DNA of 64,000 nt from Heptranchias perlo. Its lineage: Eukaryota. Position 1 is the first letter of the stretch. Every line of letters begins with the position of its first letter. The notes beneath the pieces are model-generated. The model worked only from the letters and a program-made list of their open reading frames with translations, was not told where the DNA came from and made no database searches. Shown here one piece after another: positions 1 to 12,900 of this stretch. The translations under genes were made by a program, and so were the position numbers. Location: NCBI RefSeq assembly GCF_035084215.1, contig NW_027139581.1, forward strand, positions 4,340,001 to 4,404,000. Reading direction: 5' to 3'.

Positions 1-430
1 TCCCTTAGCGACAAAGGAAAGAAAAGGGGATGAGTTCCTGTGGTCAGTGTTTCAGGAGCCAGGGAGGAAGTTGAAAAGCAGGACCTCAAAGGTAGTAATC
101 TCTGGATTACCCCCAGTGCCACCCGCTGGTGAGTACAGAAATTGGAAGATAAGGCAGGTTAATGCGTGGCTACAGACATGGCGCAGGATGGATGGCTTCA
201 GAGTCTTGGGGCAGTGGGACCAGTTTTGGGATCGGAGTGCAAGGGTGGTGGAAGCAGATTCAATCGTGGCTTTTAAAAAGGAATTGGACAAATACTTCAA
301 GGGAAAAAAATTGCACTGGTACTGGGCAAGCGTGGGGAAATGAGACTAACTGGATTGCTCTTTTTAAGAGCCGGCAGGGGCACGATGGGCCGAATGGCTT
401 CCATCTGAGCTGGAACCATTCTATGATTAT
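1..430 (+). mobile_element. CR1 LINE fragments (ORF1 esterase-like piece and a 3' end)
   Basis: RTSKVVISGL...IRQVNAWL, then VVEADSIVAFKKELD and a 3' tail. Confidence 0.75.
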
Positions 431-3400
431 CCAATTTTGTATCCACGCTGCCGCTGTCCCTTTAATCCAGGGGGCTTTAATTTCGCTTAAAGGTCTATTA
501 TGTGGTACTTTATCAAATGCCTTCTGGAAGTCCATATACACAACATCAACCACATTACCCTCATAACCCTTCCCGTTACTTCATCAAAGAGCTCAATCAA
601 GTTATCAAACACGATTTTCCTTTAACAAATCCGTGATGACTTTCATTTACCAGCCCACAATTTTCCAAGTGCCAATTAATTTTGTCCCGGATTATTCTCT
701 CTCTAAGTTTCCCCACCACCGACATTCGGCTGACTGGTCTGTAACTGCCGGGTTTACCTTTTTGAACAGGCCTGTAACATTTGCAATCCTCCAATCCTCC
801 GGCGCCATTCCCATGTCGAAGGAGGATTAGAAGGTTGTGGTGAGAGCCTCCGTAATTTCCACCCTTACTTCCCTCAGTAACCGAGGTTGCATCCCATCTG
901 GACCGGGTGACTTTTCTACCTTGAGTACTGCCAATCTTTTAAGTACCTCGCCTATCTATTTTTATCCTATCCCATATCGCTACTGACCCCTCTTTTACGG
1001 CTAGACTGGCAGCATCCTTTTCTCTAGTGAAGGCCAATGCGGTGTATTCATTTAGTACCTCAGCCATGCCCTCTTCCTCCACAAGAAGATCTCTTTTTTT
1101 GTCCCTAATCGGTCCCACCCTTCCTTTCACTGCCCTTTTACAATTTACATCTTGATAAAAGACTTTTGGGTTCCCTTTTGTGCTGGCCGCTAATCCATTC
1201 TCATATTCTCTTTGCCGCTCTTATTTCCTTTTTAAATCTCCTCTGTACTTTCAGGATTCAACTTAGTCCTAAACTGTATTATGTGCCTTACATTTGCCAT
1301 CAGCCTCCTTTTTCTGTTTCATTGTAATCTCTATATCTTTCGTCATCAAATGAGCTCTAGTTTTGGATGCCCTTCCTTTCCCCCTCGTGGGACTGGATGT
1401 GAACCATTTCCTCCTTGAAGGCCTCCCATTGTCCAACAACTAATTTGCAAACCAATCTTTGATTCCTATCCACCAGGACTAAGATCCCTTTTAGGTTCAC
1501 TGAAATTAACCCTCCTCCAGTTAAATATTTTCACATTAGATTGTTCCTTGTCCTTTTCCATGACTATTCTAAATCTAATGATATTATGATCACTGTTCCC
1601 CAAATGCTCCCCCACTGAATCATGCTTTACTTGCCCCACTTCATTCCCAGAACTAGATCCAGCATTGCTTCCTTCCCCGCTGGGCTGGAAACACATTGTT
1701 CAACAAAGTTCTCTTGTACACATTTCAGGAATTCCTTTCCCTCTTTGCCCGATACATTGTGACTGTCCCAGCCTATATTGGGATCATGGAAGGCCCCCCA
1801 TTATCACTAATCTATCGTTCTTGCATCTTTCCGTAATTTGCCTGCAAATTTGCTCCTGTATCTCCTTCCCATGATCTGGTGGCGTATAGTACACACCCAG
1901 TAGTGTAATAGCTCCTCCATTATTCTTTAATTTTAACCATATGGATTTTGTCTTTGACCCCCCCTCACCTTCATCATCACTTTCCAGTGCTATAATAGTT
2001 TAATTGATCAATACTGCCACTCCTCCTTTCATCCTTCACTATCTTTCCTGAATACCGTGTGGACAGGAATATTAAGTACCCATTCCCCCCAATCTTTGAG
2101 CCAGGTCTCTGCTATTGCCTCTATATCACAGTCCCATGTGGCGACTTGAGCCTGCAGCTCACCAACCTTATTTACCACGCTACGTCCATTTACACACATG
2201 CACTGCAAACTCATCTTAGACTGCCTAATTTCCCCCCTGGCTGATCCCTCCTATTTCTGAAGTACTCTTTGCTCAAGTGCTATTTGTCCCTCCCAGTCCT
2301 CTGTGCACCTTGCGTCTTCTCTATAATGTTTCATCCTGGTGCCCACCCTATTGTCAAATTTGTTCAAACCCTCGCCCACAGCAGCAGTTAACTTCCCAGC
2401 TCTGTTGAGGTGCAACCCGTCCATCTTGATCGGATCCCTCCTGCCTCACAACTGCTCCCAATGTCCCAGGTATCTGAAACCCACACTCCTGCACCATTTC
2501 TCCAGCCACGCATTAGCAAATCTTATTTGGCCAGTCCTATACTCACTAGCGCTTGGCTCTGGGAGTAATCCAGATTTTACTACCTTTGAGGTGCTGCTTT
2601 TGAACTTCCTCCCTAGCTCCTGAAACTCTGACTGCAGGAACTTTTCCTTCCTATGTCATCGGTTCCCACATGGACCATGATTTCTGGCTGTTCCCCTTCC
2701 CTCCTCAAAAGGTCCCGCATCTCTCAATGTTGTCCTTTACCCTGGCACCAGGGAGACAACACACATACAGGACTCATGTCGGCCCTTGCAGAAACGCCGG
2801 TCTATCTCCCTGAACACAATAATATAAGAACATAAGAAATACGATCAGGAGTAGGCCATACGGCCTCCCGAACCAGCTCCAACATTCAATAAGATCATGG
2901 CTGATCTTCAACCTCAACTCCACTTTCCAGCCCGATCCCCATATCCCTTGAATCATAGAAACATAGAAAATAGGAGCAAGAGTAGGCCATTCGGCCCTTC
3001 GGGCCTGCTCTGTCATGAAAATGATAAAAGCCGATCGTCCAACTCAGTGCCCTGTTCCTGCTTTATCACCATATCCCTTGATCCCTTTAACATTAACACA
3101 TATATCGATCTCCTTCTTGAATACATCTGATGACTTGGCCTCTACTGCCCTCTGTGGTAGAAAATTCCACAGGTTCACCAACCTCTGATTGAAAAAATGT
3201 CTCCTCACCCCGGTGAGAAGTGGTATACCCCGTATCCTGAGTCTGTGACCCCTGGTTCTGGACTCCCCAGCAATCGGGAACATCCTCCCTGCATCAAGTC
3301 TGTCTAGTCCTGTTAGAATTTTGTATTTTTCGATGAGATCATCTCTCATTCTTCTAAACTCTGGTGAATATAGGCCGAGTCATTCCAATCCCTCCTCATC

Positions 3401-4985
3401 CTGCCATCAATCCTGCCATCCCAGGAATCAGTCTGGTAAACCTTCGTTGCACTCCCTCCATGGAAAGGACATCCTTCCTCAGATAAGGAGACCAAAACTG
3501 CACACAATACTCCAGATGTGGTCTCACCAAGGCCCCGTATAACTATAGTGAGATATCCCTGCTCCTGTACTCAAATGCTCGCTTTTAGCGACTGGTGTGC
3601 AAGGACACCCAGGTCTCGTTGCACCTCCCCTTTTCCCAAACTATCACCATTCAGATAATCATCTGCCTTTCTGTTTTTACAACCAAAGTTGATAACCTCA
3701 CATTTATCCACGTTATACTGCATCCGCCATGTTCTTGCCCACTCACCCAACTTGTCTAAATCACTCTTTGCATCCTCCTTACAGCTCTCATTCCACCCCA
3801 GCTTGGTATCGTCTGCAAACTTGGAAATGTTACATTTAGTTCCCTCATCCAAATCATTGATATATATTGTGAATAGCTTGGGCCCAAGCACTGTTCCCTG
3901 CGATACCTCACTAGTCACTGCCTGGCACCCGGAAAAAGACCCGTTTATTCCTATTCTCTGTTTCCTGTCTGTCAAACAATTCTCGATCCATGCCAATATA
4001 TTCCCCCCAATCCCATGTGCTTTAATTTTGCACACTAACCTCTTGTGTGGCACCTTATCAAAAGCCTTCTGAAAATCCAAATACACCACATCTACTGGTT
4101 CTCCCTTATCTATTCTGCTGGTTACATCCTCAAAAAACTCCAGTAGATTTGTTAAGCATGATTTCCCTTTCATAAACCAATACTGACTTTGTCCATTCAC
4201 GTGAATGCCTTCCAAGTATTCTGTTGTCACATCTTTCATAATAGACGATAGCATTTTTCCCACTGTTGATGTTACGCTAACTGGTCTGTAATTCCCTGTT
4301 TTTTCTCTCCCTCCTGTTTGAAATAGTGGGGTTACATTTGCCAGCCTCCAGCTGTAGGAACTGTTCCAGAGTCTATAGAATTTTGGAAGATGATCACCAA
4401 TGCATCCACTATTTCAAGGGCCACTTCCTTTATTACTCTGGGATGCAGATTATCAGGCCCTGGGGATTTGTCAGCCTTTAGCCCAAATAATTTCCGAAGC
4501 ACATTATCTTTTTACCAATAATTCCCCCAGAGTCCAAAAATCTATCTATCTCAGCCTTGAATATATTCAACGACTCAACATCCACATTCCTCTGGGGTAG
4601 AGAATTTCACAGATTCACAACCCTCTGAGTGAAGAAATTCCACCTCACCTCAGTCTTAAATGGTCGACCCCTTATCCTGAGTCTATGCCCCTTAGCTCCA
4701 GCCAGGGGAAACAACCTCTCAGCATCTACCCTGTCAAGCCCCCTCAGAATCTTATATTTTTCAATGAGATCACCTCTCATTCTTCTAAAATCCAGAGAGT
4801 ATAAGGCCATTGTACTCAATCTCTCCTCACAGGACAACCCTCTCCTCCCAGGAATCAATCCAGTGAATCTTCTTTGCACCGCATCAAAGGCAAGTTTATC
4901 CTTCCTCAGATAAGCAGACCGAAACTGTACGCAATACTCCAGGTGAGGTCTCAACAAAGCCCTGTAAAATTTTAGTAAGACTATT
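430..4985 (-). mobile_element. Stacked, degenerate CR1 LINEs downstream of CH3
   Basis: RT motifs YLDFQKAFDKVPH and KFADDTKL, endonuclease pieces and several 3' tails. Confidence 0.9.
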
Positions 4986-5434
4986 GAACCCCCTATAACA
5001 ACTGCATTTCTCTCGCTCGCAGTTCAGCCGAGTCTCCCGTGGTGCAGTGGATTTGCTCCGGATTGCACGTAATCCAGCAACAAACTATTAATCTCAGTTT
5101 TGAAATTTCCAATTGACCTCCAGCCTCACCAGCTTTTTTGGGGAGAGAGTTCCAGATTCCCACTGCCGTTTGTATGAAGAAATGTTCCCTAGCATCACCC
5201 CTGAACGACCTAGCTCTAATATTAAGGTTATGCCCCCTTGTTCTGGACTCCCTCAGTTTCTCCGGTGTCAGCCAGCGAATTTACAGGATTATTGAGTTCA
5301 ATTTCGCTACTTGCCGTGGTGGGGGTAAAAGAGTTTCCTCTAATCCAAGCTCTGCAGAGGGGACCGAGAAGTGAGAAAAGCCTTTCGTTCGGAATAAAAG
5401 AGTTTCCTCTCCATTTTGTCCATTTACCAACTTT

Positions 5435-5832
5435 ATTGTTTATTCATTCCCGGGATGTGGGCGCCTCTCGTGAGGTCGGCTTTTATTGCCCATCCATAGT
5501 TGTCCTTGAGAAGGTGATGGTGAGCCTTCTGCTTGACCCGCTACAGTCCGTATAGTGAAGGTACTCCCACAGTGCTGTTAGGAGGGAGTTCCGGAAATTT
5601 GAATGGGACAATGAAGGAATGGCGATACATGCCCAAATCGGGATGAGTTGTGATTTTAAGGTGAACTTGGAGGTGATGGTGTTCCCATGCACCTGTTGGT
5701 AGGGGCCGCGGGTTTGGGAGGTGCTGCCAAAGAAGCCTGCTCGAGTTGCTGCAGTGTATCCTGTAGATGGTACACACTGCAACCACAGTGCGCCGGTGGT
5801 GGAGGGAATGAATGTTTAAGGTGGTGGATGGA
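5435..5832 (-). mobile_element. 3' end of a CR1-clade LINE (same family as 33165-34140)
   Basis: VAVCTIYRIHCSNSSRLL matches the element at 33.2-34.1 kb. Confidence 0.8.
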
Positions 5833-5943
5833 CTAAACTATGCCATGGGGATAGACTATGCATATATTTAATGAATAGAAGTCATGTACACGCACTGAGA
5901 AGATTCACAATGTGACACTTGTTGCTGCAACCTCACTGCTCAC

Positions 5944-6252
5944 CTCGTTCCTTGTGTATGGACGCTCTTTTAGGAGTTGGAAGATCCTGATGGCTCACCA
6001 CGCAATAGAACGTATCCCCACTCAGCCACGCTTGTGTCGAGATGTCTACTTTGCTGATCAGGCTGTCGGAGCCCTCGCCAGGTTGGACGGCAATCTCTGA
6101 TTTTAAAGGCTGCTGTTCTCTGGTCCAGGACACGTTGACCCCATTCGGAGCATCAGACACGACACAGGTCAAAGTCACCGTCGCCTCCAGTAAAACCTGT
6201 TCTTGTGATGGTGGCAGAATTGTGACTTCTGGTTCACCGGGTGGAGGACAAT
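5944..6252 (-). CDS. IGHM: IgM heavy-chain constant exon CH3
   Basis: [33 protein letters not shown]...STQAWLSG...[21 protein letters not shown], a shark Cmu3 signature. Canonical acceptor and donor GTGAGC. Confidence 0.95.
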
Positions 6253-6684
6253 CTGTGAGAGGAAAATAAATGTGAACCGATCTATTCTCTGGAGAATTGT
6301 GAAGCGAACGTTCAGCCTTTATTTGATTAAAGACAAGGAAAGTCATTTTTACTTTGGGCGATATGGACTCAGCCTCCCATTATACAGTGCGCCTGATTTT
6401 CCGTGCCACTAATCAGGAATGTGACCATTGGTGACTCCCCCATTCCCTGGAACAGTTGTGTTGAAGCACAGCTCTGATGCTCTACTTGCGCACCGCCTGA
6501 TTTCGGCTCACTGAGAACAAAACTGGGACCAGGATCGCAGACTGATCCGATGACATGTCCGCAGAGGAATCCCTTCTGGGCCGGGGCTCTGGAACGTCTG
6601 CAGTGCTCACTGAACTGTAACAGAGGCAGAGAGAGTCAGGCCGTCCAGGAGAAGGAAGCAAGTAACTAGATACTCGGTAAAGAA

Positions 6685-7112
6685 AGAAAGAACTTGCATT
6701 TATCCAGCGCTTTTCATCACCTCAGGACGTCCCAGAGCGCTTTACAGACAAAAAACTACTTTTGACGTGTGGTCACTGTTGAAATGTTGGAAACTCAGCT
6801 ATCAATTTGCTCACAGCAAACTCCCACCAACAGCAATGTGATAATGACCGGGTAATCTCTTTTAGTGATGTTGGTTGAGGGATAAATATTGGCCAGGACA
6901 CAGGGGAGAACTCCATTGCTTGTCTTCTAGATATTGCTGTGTGATCTTTTCCTTTCACCTGAGAGGGCAGATCGGGGCCTCGGTTTAACGTCTCAACAAG
7001 ATGGCACCTCCCATAGTGCAGCGCTCCATCAGTCCTGACTGGGAGTGTCAGCCTCGATTTTATGCTCAAGTCTCTGGAGTGGGATTGAACCCACGACCTT
7101 CTGACTCAGAGA
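6685..7112 (-). mobile_element. tRNA-derived Deu-type SINE (SacSINE1-like)
   Basis: B-box-like GGGTTCAATCCC near 7081-7092 and an L2-like tail TAAATGCAAGTTCTTT. Other copies lie near 27.7-28.4 kb and 29.2-29.5 kb. Confidence 0.75.
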
Positions 7113-7270
7113 TGATCAATAACATCAATGATATGTTCCTAATAATTGGTGAAAGAAGTTATCAGTCCCCCCACACACCCTCACCCCCACCCCACGGAAC
7201 ACTGACTGTAAATTTCGGTAGAATTTGGCACTTCGATGCATCTGGCCTCAGCTCCCGGTTTGCCTCTTAC

Positions 7271-7588
7271 CTGGAGAACTGGTGATATTTTTGCTCTGGA
7301 TGCTCTTGCTCGCTTTGTGAGTGACGGAGCAGGTGTATACCGCACCGTTGAACCATTCCCTGGAGGTGATTTCCAGCCGACTACTGACGCTGAAGTTGCC
7401 GTTCTCTTCACAGGGAGGAGAGGTGACGAACCCGGACTTCACGGGCAATCCGCCCTTCAGCCACTGCACGTCGATGGGTTTTGGTCGGAATTCGGATATT
7501 AAACACACGGCCGTTACATGTTTGCTGGATAAGATTTCCTGAGGAGAACTTTGCGTGAGGATAACAGTTGGAGGGACCGCAGGCAATC
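7271..7588 (-). CDS. IGHM: IgM heavy-chain constant exon CH2
   Basis: VPPTVILTQSS...VCLISEFRP...SGFVTSPPCEENGNFS...EWFNGAVYTC, a shark Cmu2 signature. AG acceptor at 7590-7589, donor GTAAGA at 7270. Confidence 0.94.
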
Positions 7589-7703
7589 CTATTGTGGGAA
7601 TTCAAGGAAAAAAGGTGATTTCACCATTTAAAAATTAAATAATTCTGTATTGGAAAATTCTGTTATCTTTTCACATCTTGGTCGCCATCGAGCTCACACC
7701 AAC

Positions 7704-8012
7704 CTCGAAAGTGCAGCTTCACTGTCTTCCAGGCAGATCCGCTGTGCCGAACAACGCAGTAGACTTTGCTGCTCTCCATCTCTGACTCGGGGATCGTTAA
7801 CTGGCTGCTCAGGGTGTAGGTTCCCTTCTTGTTGAACACTGACGGGTAGGTCATGAATCCACTGGTGATGCTTTGGTCATTTTTGGTCCAGGAAAGGATG
7901 GCTTTTTCGGGGGAATAGTTAATCGCCAAGCACCCGACCGTCACCAAACCTTCAGTATTGGGTTCTCCACAGGACGATAGCAGGGCGAAGAGTGTCGGAG
8001 CAGACGGTTCAG
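7704..8012 (-). CDS. IGHM: IgM heavy-chain constant exon CH1
   Basis: Acceptor tctttcacag, then EPSAPTLFALLSSC...GCLAINYSP...TYPSVFNKKGTYTLSSQLTI...KVYCVVR, which closely matches shark Cmu1 as I recall it. Donor G|GTTGGT. Confidence 0.93.
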
Positions 8013-8969
8013 CTGTGAAAGAGGAACAAATTGAACACAAAAGTGAAACTCCGCGATCACATTTACATGAAACGCCCGCATGTTTTGAATATCCGCCAGA
8101 ATCTGCACCAATTGCATCATTTGAGGATCACAAACAACAATGAAAAGTGAGCCTCTGCTGATTGTGAGGCCTGACTTGAAATGGGCTCACCGAACCCCAG
8201 TCTGGCACATCGGAAAGTCCGGAGACAGGAAAGTCCATTCGGCCCATCAAGCTCCATCCACCCAGACTCAGTACAAGGAAATTGTATCATTGACTTCGCC
8301 CAACTCCTTGTCGCCACTCCAATAACGAGCACATATTCTCTCCCCTACCTGTTCTCAAATAAAGTTCAGGCAAAAATATTAATATCACTGGTCTGGAAAT
8401 TCCCCCAGGCTACTCCCTGTAAACGGAGTTTCCACTCCACTTCCCACGAAGCCTCGCAGGCGGAGCGGGAGCAGCTCTGACGAATTTCTCGGCATATAAG
8501 TCTGAATATCCATCGAGGCCAAGAGGGGGCTAGATAAAAAATCGGGCGTATACGTTTAGAGGAACTGTTAGCAGCAGGGATGGAAAGTTGGTTGGTGGAC
8601 AGGAAACACAGGGAAACGGTTAACGTGTCCTTCAGATTGGAGAACGGCTGGAAAGTGAAGTCCTCCTGGTGTCAGTATTCGGGGCACTTCTGTTTACCTA
8701 CATTCGATGGTTTATACTTGGCGACAGGGAATAAAATCTCGAAAGTTGCTAACGACAAAAAAGTACATGATTTGGCAAGCAGCGAGGAGGAATGCAAAAA
8801 TCTTCATGAAGACAGAGGCAGGATGGGAGAATGGGCGGGCATGTGGCAGATATAATTTAGTAAGTGTGCGGAATGTGGGACTGTACACTCAGGGATCTGA
8901 AACTAAGTGTTCGGATATGCAAACAGATCTAAAGTGCGAAATTCTTAAATTCTTAAAAATGCGATTGCA

Positions 8970-11635
8970 CACCAACAACATCTTGCATTTCTATCGCGCC
9001 TTTAACGTTGTAAAACGTCCCAAGGCGCTTCATAGGAGCGATTATCAAACAAAATTTGACAATGAGGCCCATAAGGAGATGTTAGGACAGGTGAACAAAA
9101 GCTTGGTCAAAGAGGTAGGTTTTAATGAGCATCTTAAAGGGGAGGGAGAGGTGGAGAGTTGGAGAGGTTTAGGGAGGCGATTACAGAGTTTAGGGCCAAG
9201 ACAGCTAAAGGCACGGCCACCAATGGTGGAGCGATTAAAATCGGGGATGAGCAAGAGGCCGGAATTGGAGGAAAACAGAGACCTCGGAGGGCTGTCCGGC
9301 TGGAGGAGGTTACAGAGATAGGGAGGGGTGAGGCCATGGAGGGATATGAAAACAAGGATGATAAATTTAAAATCGAGGCGTTCCCGGGCCGACAGCCAAT
9401 GGACGTCAGCGATCAAAGGGGTGAAGGGTGAACGGAACTTGGTGCGAGTGAGGATACGGGGCAGCAGAGTTTTGGATCAGCCCAAGTTTATGGAGGGCGG
9501 AAGATGGGAGGCCGGCCAGGAGAGCATTGGAATAATCAAGTTTAGTGGTAATAAAGGCATGGATGAGGGCTTCAGCAGCAGATGAGCTGAGGCAGGGGTG
9601 GAGATGGGTGATGTTACGGAGGCGGAAGTAGGCGGTCTTGATGATGGAGAGGATTTGTGGTCGGAAGCTCAATTCAGGGTCAAATTGGACGCCGAGTTTG
9701 TGAACGGCCTGGTTCAGCCTCAGAGAGTGGCCAGGGAGAGAGATGGAGTCGGTGGCCTCTGGAACGGAGTTAGTGGCGAGGACCAAAGACAACGACTTCT
9801 GTCCTCCCAATATTTAGTTGGAGGACATTTTTCTCATCCAGCACTGGATGTCGGACAAGCAGTGCGATAAATCAGAAACAGTGGAGGGTTGAGGGAGGTG
9901 GTGGTGAGGTCGAGCTGGGTGTCCTCAGCGTACACGTGGGATCTGACGTCGTGTTTTCGTTTGATGTCGCTGAGAGGCAGCATGTAGATTAGAAATAGGA
10001 GGGGGCCAAAGATAGATCCTTGGGGGACTCCAGAGTTAACGGTGCGGGAGCGGGAAGAGAAGCCATTGCAGGTGATTCTCTGGCTACCACTGAGTAGCTA
10101 AGAATGGAACCAGGCGAGCGCAGTCCCGCCCAGCTGGACGACGGAGAAGAGGCTCTGGAAGAGGATGATGTTGTTAATCGTATCAAAGGCTGCAGGCAGA
10201 TCGAGAAGGATGAGGAGGGATAGCATAAGATAAGAGCTTATGGTGTTGGGGGTTATATAATGGCATGGATAGAGGATTGGCTAACTAACAGAAAACAAAG
10301 AGTCGGAATAAAAGGGTCATTTTCAAAATGGCAATCTGTAACTAGTGGGGTGCCGCAGGGCTCAGTGCTGGGGCCTCAACTATTTACTAAATATATCAAT
10401 GACTTGGATGAAGGAACAGAGTGTCCTGTGGCCAAATTTGCTGATGATACAAAGATAGGTGAAAAGCAAGTTGTGATGAGGACACAAAGTATTTGCAAAG
10501 GGATATTGACATGTTAAGCTATTGGGCAAAAAATTGGCAGATGGAATTTAATGTGGAAAAATGTGAAGTCATCCACTTTGGGAGGAAAAATAAGAAAGCA
10601 AAATATTATTTAAATGGAGAAATACTACAAAATGTTGCGGTACAGAGGGATCTGGGTGTCCTCGTACATGAAACACAAAAATTCAACATAAAGGTGCAGC
10701 AGGTAATCCGGACGGCAAACGGAATATTGGCCTTTATTTCCAGGGGGTTAGAGTATAAAAGCAGGGAAGCCATGCTACAAGTGTACTGGATGCTGGTGAG
10801 ACCATACCTGGAGTACTGCGTACAGTTCTGGTGCCGTTATTTAAGGAAGGACATACTTGCATTGGAGGCAGTTCAGAGAAGGTTCACTAGGATGATTCCG
10901 GGTATGAAAGGTTTGTCTTACGAGGAAAGATTGAACAGGTTGGGTCTGTACTCATTGGAGTTTAGAAGAATGAGAGGAGATCTTATTGAAACATACAAGA
11001 TTCTGAGGGGACTCGATAGGTGAATCTAAAACTAGGGGGCAGTCTCAGAATAAGGGGGTCGCCCGTTTAAGACGGATATTAGCAGGAATTTCTTCTCCCA
11101 GAGGGTTTTGAATCTATGGGATTCTTTACCCCAAAAAGCTGTGGAGGCTGAGTCATTGAACACATTCAAGGCTGAGTTAGACAAATTTCTGATCAGCAAT
11201 GGAGTCAAAGGAAATGGTGAAAGGGTGGGAAAGTGGAGTTGAGGTAAAAATCAGATCAGCCATGATCTCATGAAATGGCAGAGCAGGCTCGAGGGGCCGA
11301 ATGGCCAACTCCTGCTCCTATCTCTTATGGTCTCTTATGGGAGGCGAGAACACATTCAAAGACTTTGGAGAGGAAAGGGAGGTTGGAGATGGGGCGGTAG
11401 TTTGCAAGGGCAGAAGGGGCAAGTGTGGGTTTTTTTTAGTACGGGGGTGATGACGGCAGATTTGAAGGGGAGGGGTCAGTACCTGAGGAGATCGAACCGT
11501 TAATAATATCAGCTAACATGTATCGTTAACAATATCGGCTAACATTGGGGCCAGGAAGGGAAGTTTGGTGGTCAACAGTTTGTTGGGAATTGGGTCGAGG
11601 GAGCAGGAGGTGGGTCTCATGGACAGGATGAGAAG
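8970..11635 (-). mobile_element. L2 LINE remnant interrupted by a CR1 insertion
   Basis: L2-type C-terminal peptides (LIHAFITTKLDYSNALLAGLP, HWL...RLDFK) lie on the left of the CR1 and L2-like sequence resumes on the right. Confidence 0.82.
10225..11340 (+). mobile_element. 5'-truncated CR1 inserted in the L2
   Basis: [18 protein letters not shown] and [13 protein letters not shown], then a short-repeat tail. Confidence 0.9.
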
Positions 11636-12041
11636 TGGGATATTTAAATCCTTCTTTGGCAGCAACGCAAAATCGACGATAACGAATTGCAGCCCATTTT
11701 ACAATCCACCCAACTTTCATTTCTATATAAGTGAAGAGGAATTTGTTCAGTGTGGGTGTGATATAGGGGCAGAAATCCGCCTTGGGTAGTGGGGCAAAGG
11801 GGGCAGTATCGAATCGGCCGCCTGTTTCTCGCCCCGCCTGATATTCACTCCCATTGAAGCATAATGGGAGGTTGTTGCAATACCGCCAGTTGTGAGCTAC
11901 CGCCCATAGGGTATCAATTCATCATGTCTGTGGGGCAAAACGGGCGACAGCCAATCGATGACCCATTTTGCACTGCCTTGAATGGAAAAGAAACTCGGGC
12001 AGGGGGAAAACGAGCTGTCGATTGGCTGTCGTTGACTTTGC

Positions 12042-12245
12042 GTTTCTCTCTCATGGTCTGAAGAACGATGTATAGAGAGATAATGTCACCTCTTAATGTG
12101 AACCCTTTCTCTCTCATGGTCGAAAGAACGGTGTATAGAGAAATAATGTCACCTCCAAATGTGAACCCTTTCTCTCTCATGGTCTAAAGAACGGTGTATA
12201 GAGAAATAATGTCACCTCTTAATGTGAACCCTTTCTCTCTCATGA
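12042..12245. repeat. 63-bp tandem repeat, about 3 copies
   Basis: Unit TTTCTCTCTCATGGTC...GTCACCTCTTAATGTGAACCC. Confidence 0.9.
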
Positions 12246-12479
12246 TGCATCGAGCAACTTCTCCCATTTGCTTTCTTGCTGTAATCAAATATTGGGCCAA
12301 GTTTCGGGGTAATTTCTGTTTACTCCTAATGTCCCGTCACTTCAAGATACATAAAAAATAATAATATCAACAACAATAATAAAAGTAATACTCATAATGT
12401 GGTAGTAATCGTATTATTATCAACAGCAATAATAATAACTATTAATAATGTTAGACGAGACACGCCTTGTAAATGCGGG

Positions 12480-12900
12480 TAGGACCTTTGGACCAGAACT
12501 GTTCCCTGTCCTATTCTCCCGCCGCCCTCAACACATCCGAGTCCGGGTCTCTGTATTGTTTGTTTACCGCCTGGCTCGGGTCTCAAATCACCAACACAGT
12601 TGAGCTGCGCAACCTCTATTTGTAAAGTAGCGCTCTTCCGTTTCTTAAGTGATCTGTGCCATTGCCTCTTCTGCAGAGAAACGGTTTAATAAAACACTAA
12701 AGGTAGATTTCTGTCTTCCCCTGGCTGAACATGAAGGATAATCTCAGCGTCGCGCTGAACCACAATCTGAGGTGGGGGGAGGGGGGAGGGAAATCTGATC
12801 GGGAAAACTGGACGTCCCTCACAGAATCCACCTGATCTTCCTCCTATTTAAACTAATGGAAGTAAAATCGGGAGAGTTTTGTCGCAGGTATGCAATCCTT
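12480..12900. promoter_or_regulatory. Candidate J-C intronic enhancer
   Basis: Non-repeat island with RUNX AACCACA (12758-12764), E-box CACCTG (12829-12834), PU.1-like CTTCCTC (12837-12843) and MEF2-like CTATTTAAAC (12844-12853). Confidence 0.4.

Noticed and set aside
5025-5085. tRNA-like start (TCCCGTGGTGCAGTGG)
   Set aside because: An A-box-like motif only, with no B-box or cloverleaf. Probably a SINE head fragment.
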